This document shows positions 62,456 to 64,000 of a stretch of 64,000 bases of DNA, piece after piece. The stretch covers positions 12,284-76,283 of the forward strand of contig JAFUBM010000005.1 in NCBI GenBank assembly GCA_017460225.1, in the 5' to 3' direction. Both the position numbers and the translations under genes were made by a program. This stretch comes from Candidatus Saccharimonadota bacterium. GTDB taxonomy: Bacteria; Patescibacteriota; Saccharimonadia; Saccharimonadales; Saccharimonadaceae. How positions within the stretch are numbered: position 1 is the stretch's first letter; every line of letters begins with the position of its first letter. Below the pieces are notes generated by a model. The model searched no databases and had not been told where the DNA came from. It saw nothing but the letters and a program-made list of their open reading frames with translations.

Positions 62456-64000
62456 ATGAAAAAGAGAAGCTGTTTCTTGCTTGGCTTGGGCTTGGTGGCT
62501 GGAGCCGTGTTGGGAATGTCGCAAGATACTTATGCGGCAGGAGTGGGGACGCTAGAAGAGCTTAATGCGGCGTTATGCGCTGGGGGAGAAATAACACTGA
62601 CGGAAGATATTTATGCAGATAGTTGGTTGGCACCAGATTGTAGCTATGTGGTATCTAACGATGTGACGATTGATTTTAATGGACACAAGATAACATCAGC
62701 GCCAGATAGAGGGTATAATTTGGACGTACAGGGGGCAACTTTGACGCTTGATGATTCGGGAACGGGCGGGGGCTATTTCCAGATGCAGAACGAGGGGGAG
62801 ACGACCTCGGGCATTGCGATTACGGACGGGAAAATGGTGCTAAACGGCGGGACGATTGACGGGGGTGAATGGGTTGTGTTGCTTTGGCATGATTCTGAGC
62901 TTGAGATGAATGGCGGGACAATTCACGCTTCAACAGGATTTGCAGTTACGGGAAACGGTACGACTAATCCGGAGCATAAAAACTACGGGTCGAATGTGAA
63001 AATTGTGATAAATGGCGGGGAGATTGTGGCGGATGATGACTTTGCAATTTATAATCCGTCTGAGAATAGTACGATTGATATTTCTGGTGACGCAATGATT
63101 ACTGGGGCGGCAGGGGCAATTGCGGCAAACCGCGGAACGATTACGATTAATGGCGGTACGCTTGAGGCTTTGGGGACGGCGGAAGCGGAGGGAGATGTGT
63201 CCCAAGATGGTTCTAGGGGCTACACGAATGCAGTGATTGGTATTCCGAAAGAATATGGACCGGTAACGCTAAACATTACCGACGGGGTGTTTGTGGCGGA
63301 GAAGGGCGCGCAGTTGATTGCGAACGTATCTGGACTAGATAACGAGAACGAAGCGACGGTGACGATTTCTGGTGGGGTGTTTTCGGCAGAGCCGAAGCAC
63401 AGTTATGTTGTTGAGGGCAAAGATATTTTCCAAACTGATGAGGGGTATGTTGTGGAGAACAAAATAAATCTTCCTACGGATGGATCGATGGCGATTACGC
63501 TATTTAAGGGCGAATCGTTTGATGTTGGGTTTGAACTTGATAAGAGAGGAAAGTATGCGCGGTTGATTGCTGATGATTCTGGACTTTATACGGTTGACGG
63601 AATGACGATTACGGCGGGAGATAATATCGGTTCGGCGAAGTATAAAGTGAATTATGGTGGGTTGATTTATAATCAGGAGCCAGAAGAATATGATGTTGAG
63701 ATAGTTGAGGTGCCGGAAGTGGAAGTGGTGGCGGATGAAGAGCTAGGCTTAAGCGATGAGACGATGACGGAGATTGCCGAAAAAGTGAAAGGAATCCTTG
63801 AGGGGAAGGTGTTTGTGGCGGAAGACGGAACTAAGAGTTGGGTGAGTGAAGACGGGACGGTTTGGGTTACCCCTGAGTATGCAAAGGAAATGGTTTTGAA
63901 CGGTGAGGCCTTGCGCGTGGAGGTGTGGTCTGAGGAGATTTTGGTGGATGAGCTGGACGAAGAAGGTAAAGCTCAGCTTAACGAGATGCTGGAAGAGGGC
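62456..64000 (+). CDS. Large secreted/surface protein with beta-helix-like (NGGTI-type) repeats; runs off the right edge
   Basis: Not in the ORF track because no stop is reached. SD GGAGG; signal peptide MKKRSCFLLGLGLVAG...TYA; repeated LNGGTI, MNGGTI, INGGEI, INGGTL, ISGGVF. Confidence 0.8.
   Translation, partial: MKKRSCFLLGLGLVAGAVLGMSQDTYAAGVGTLEELNAALCAGGEITLTEDIYADSWLAPDCSYVVSNDVTIDFNGHKITSAPDRGYNLDVQGATLTLDDSGTGGGYFQMQNEGETTSGIAITDGKMVLNGGTIDGGEWVVLLWHDSELEMNGGTIHASTGFAVTGNGTTNPEHKNYGSNVKIVINGGEIVADDDFAIYNPSENSTIDISGDAMITGAAGAIAANRGTITINGGTLEALGTAEAEGDVSQDGSRGYTNAVIGIPKEYGPVTLNITDGVFVAEKGAQLIANVSGLDNENEATVTISGGVFSAEPKHSYVVEGKDIFQTDEGYVVENKINLPTDGSMAITLFKGESFDVGFELDKRGKYARLIADDSGLYTVDGMTITAGDNIGSAKYKVNYGGLIYNQEPEEYDVEIVEVPEVEVVADEELGLSDETMTEIAEKVKGILEGKVFVAEDGTKSWVSEDGTVWVTPEYAKEMVLNGEALRVEVWSEEILVDELDEEGKAQLNEMLEEG

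Noticed and set aside
1-64000. Alternative genetic code (TGA=Gly, as in Gracilibacteria/Absconditabacteria)
   Set aside because: Conserved genes are full length under code 11, and TGA terminates genes at expected positions (e.g. wzm, sufS-like, dnaN).

Overview
Chromosomal window from a small-genome bacterium, most likely Candidatus Saccharibacteria (TM7, Patescibacteria/CPR). This is inferred from gene content and organisation; standard code 11 applies, as TGA is used as stop. Left to right: a lamin-tail-domain surface protein, initiator tRNA, three minor type IV pilin genes, rpsL-rpsG without fusA-tuf, tRNA-Ile2, murC, and a DsbA-like membrane operon divergent from a SufS-like enzyme. Next come a ~25-kb surface-glycan locus (GtrA, WaaL-like ligase, initiating transferase, galE, wzm/wzt, rmlACBD, many GTs, a TagD/TagF-like pair, LCP) and a peptidase-less LexA-like repressor. 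The jag-yidC-rnpA-rpmH / dnaA-dnaN-recF origin region carries TTTTCCACA boxes and DnaA-trios. It is followed by a reduced type IV secretion-like cluster (lytic enzyme, split VirB4, PrgI, giant VirB6-like protein, four TrbC/VirB2-like pilins), hsp20, comF, tRNA-Ser, groES-groEL with CIRCE, and the start of a large surface protein. Best leads: the origin-linked T4SS-like machine; a 209-bp MITE-like element in two copies; the DsbA-like/SufS divergon; pervasive leaderless promoters alongside a non-canonical initiator tRNA; no GC-skew inversion at dnaA in spot counts; a DnaA-box cluster inside a glycosyltransferase gene; and a 20-bp promoter block shared by rpmH and a pilin gene. Family assignments come from motif recognition by eye; no searches were run.
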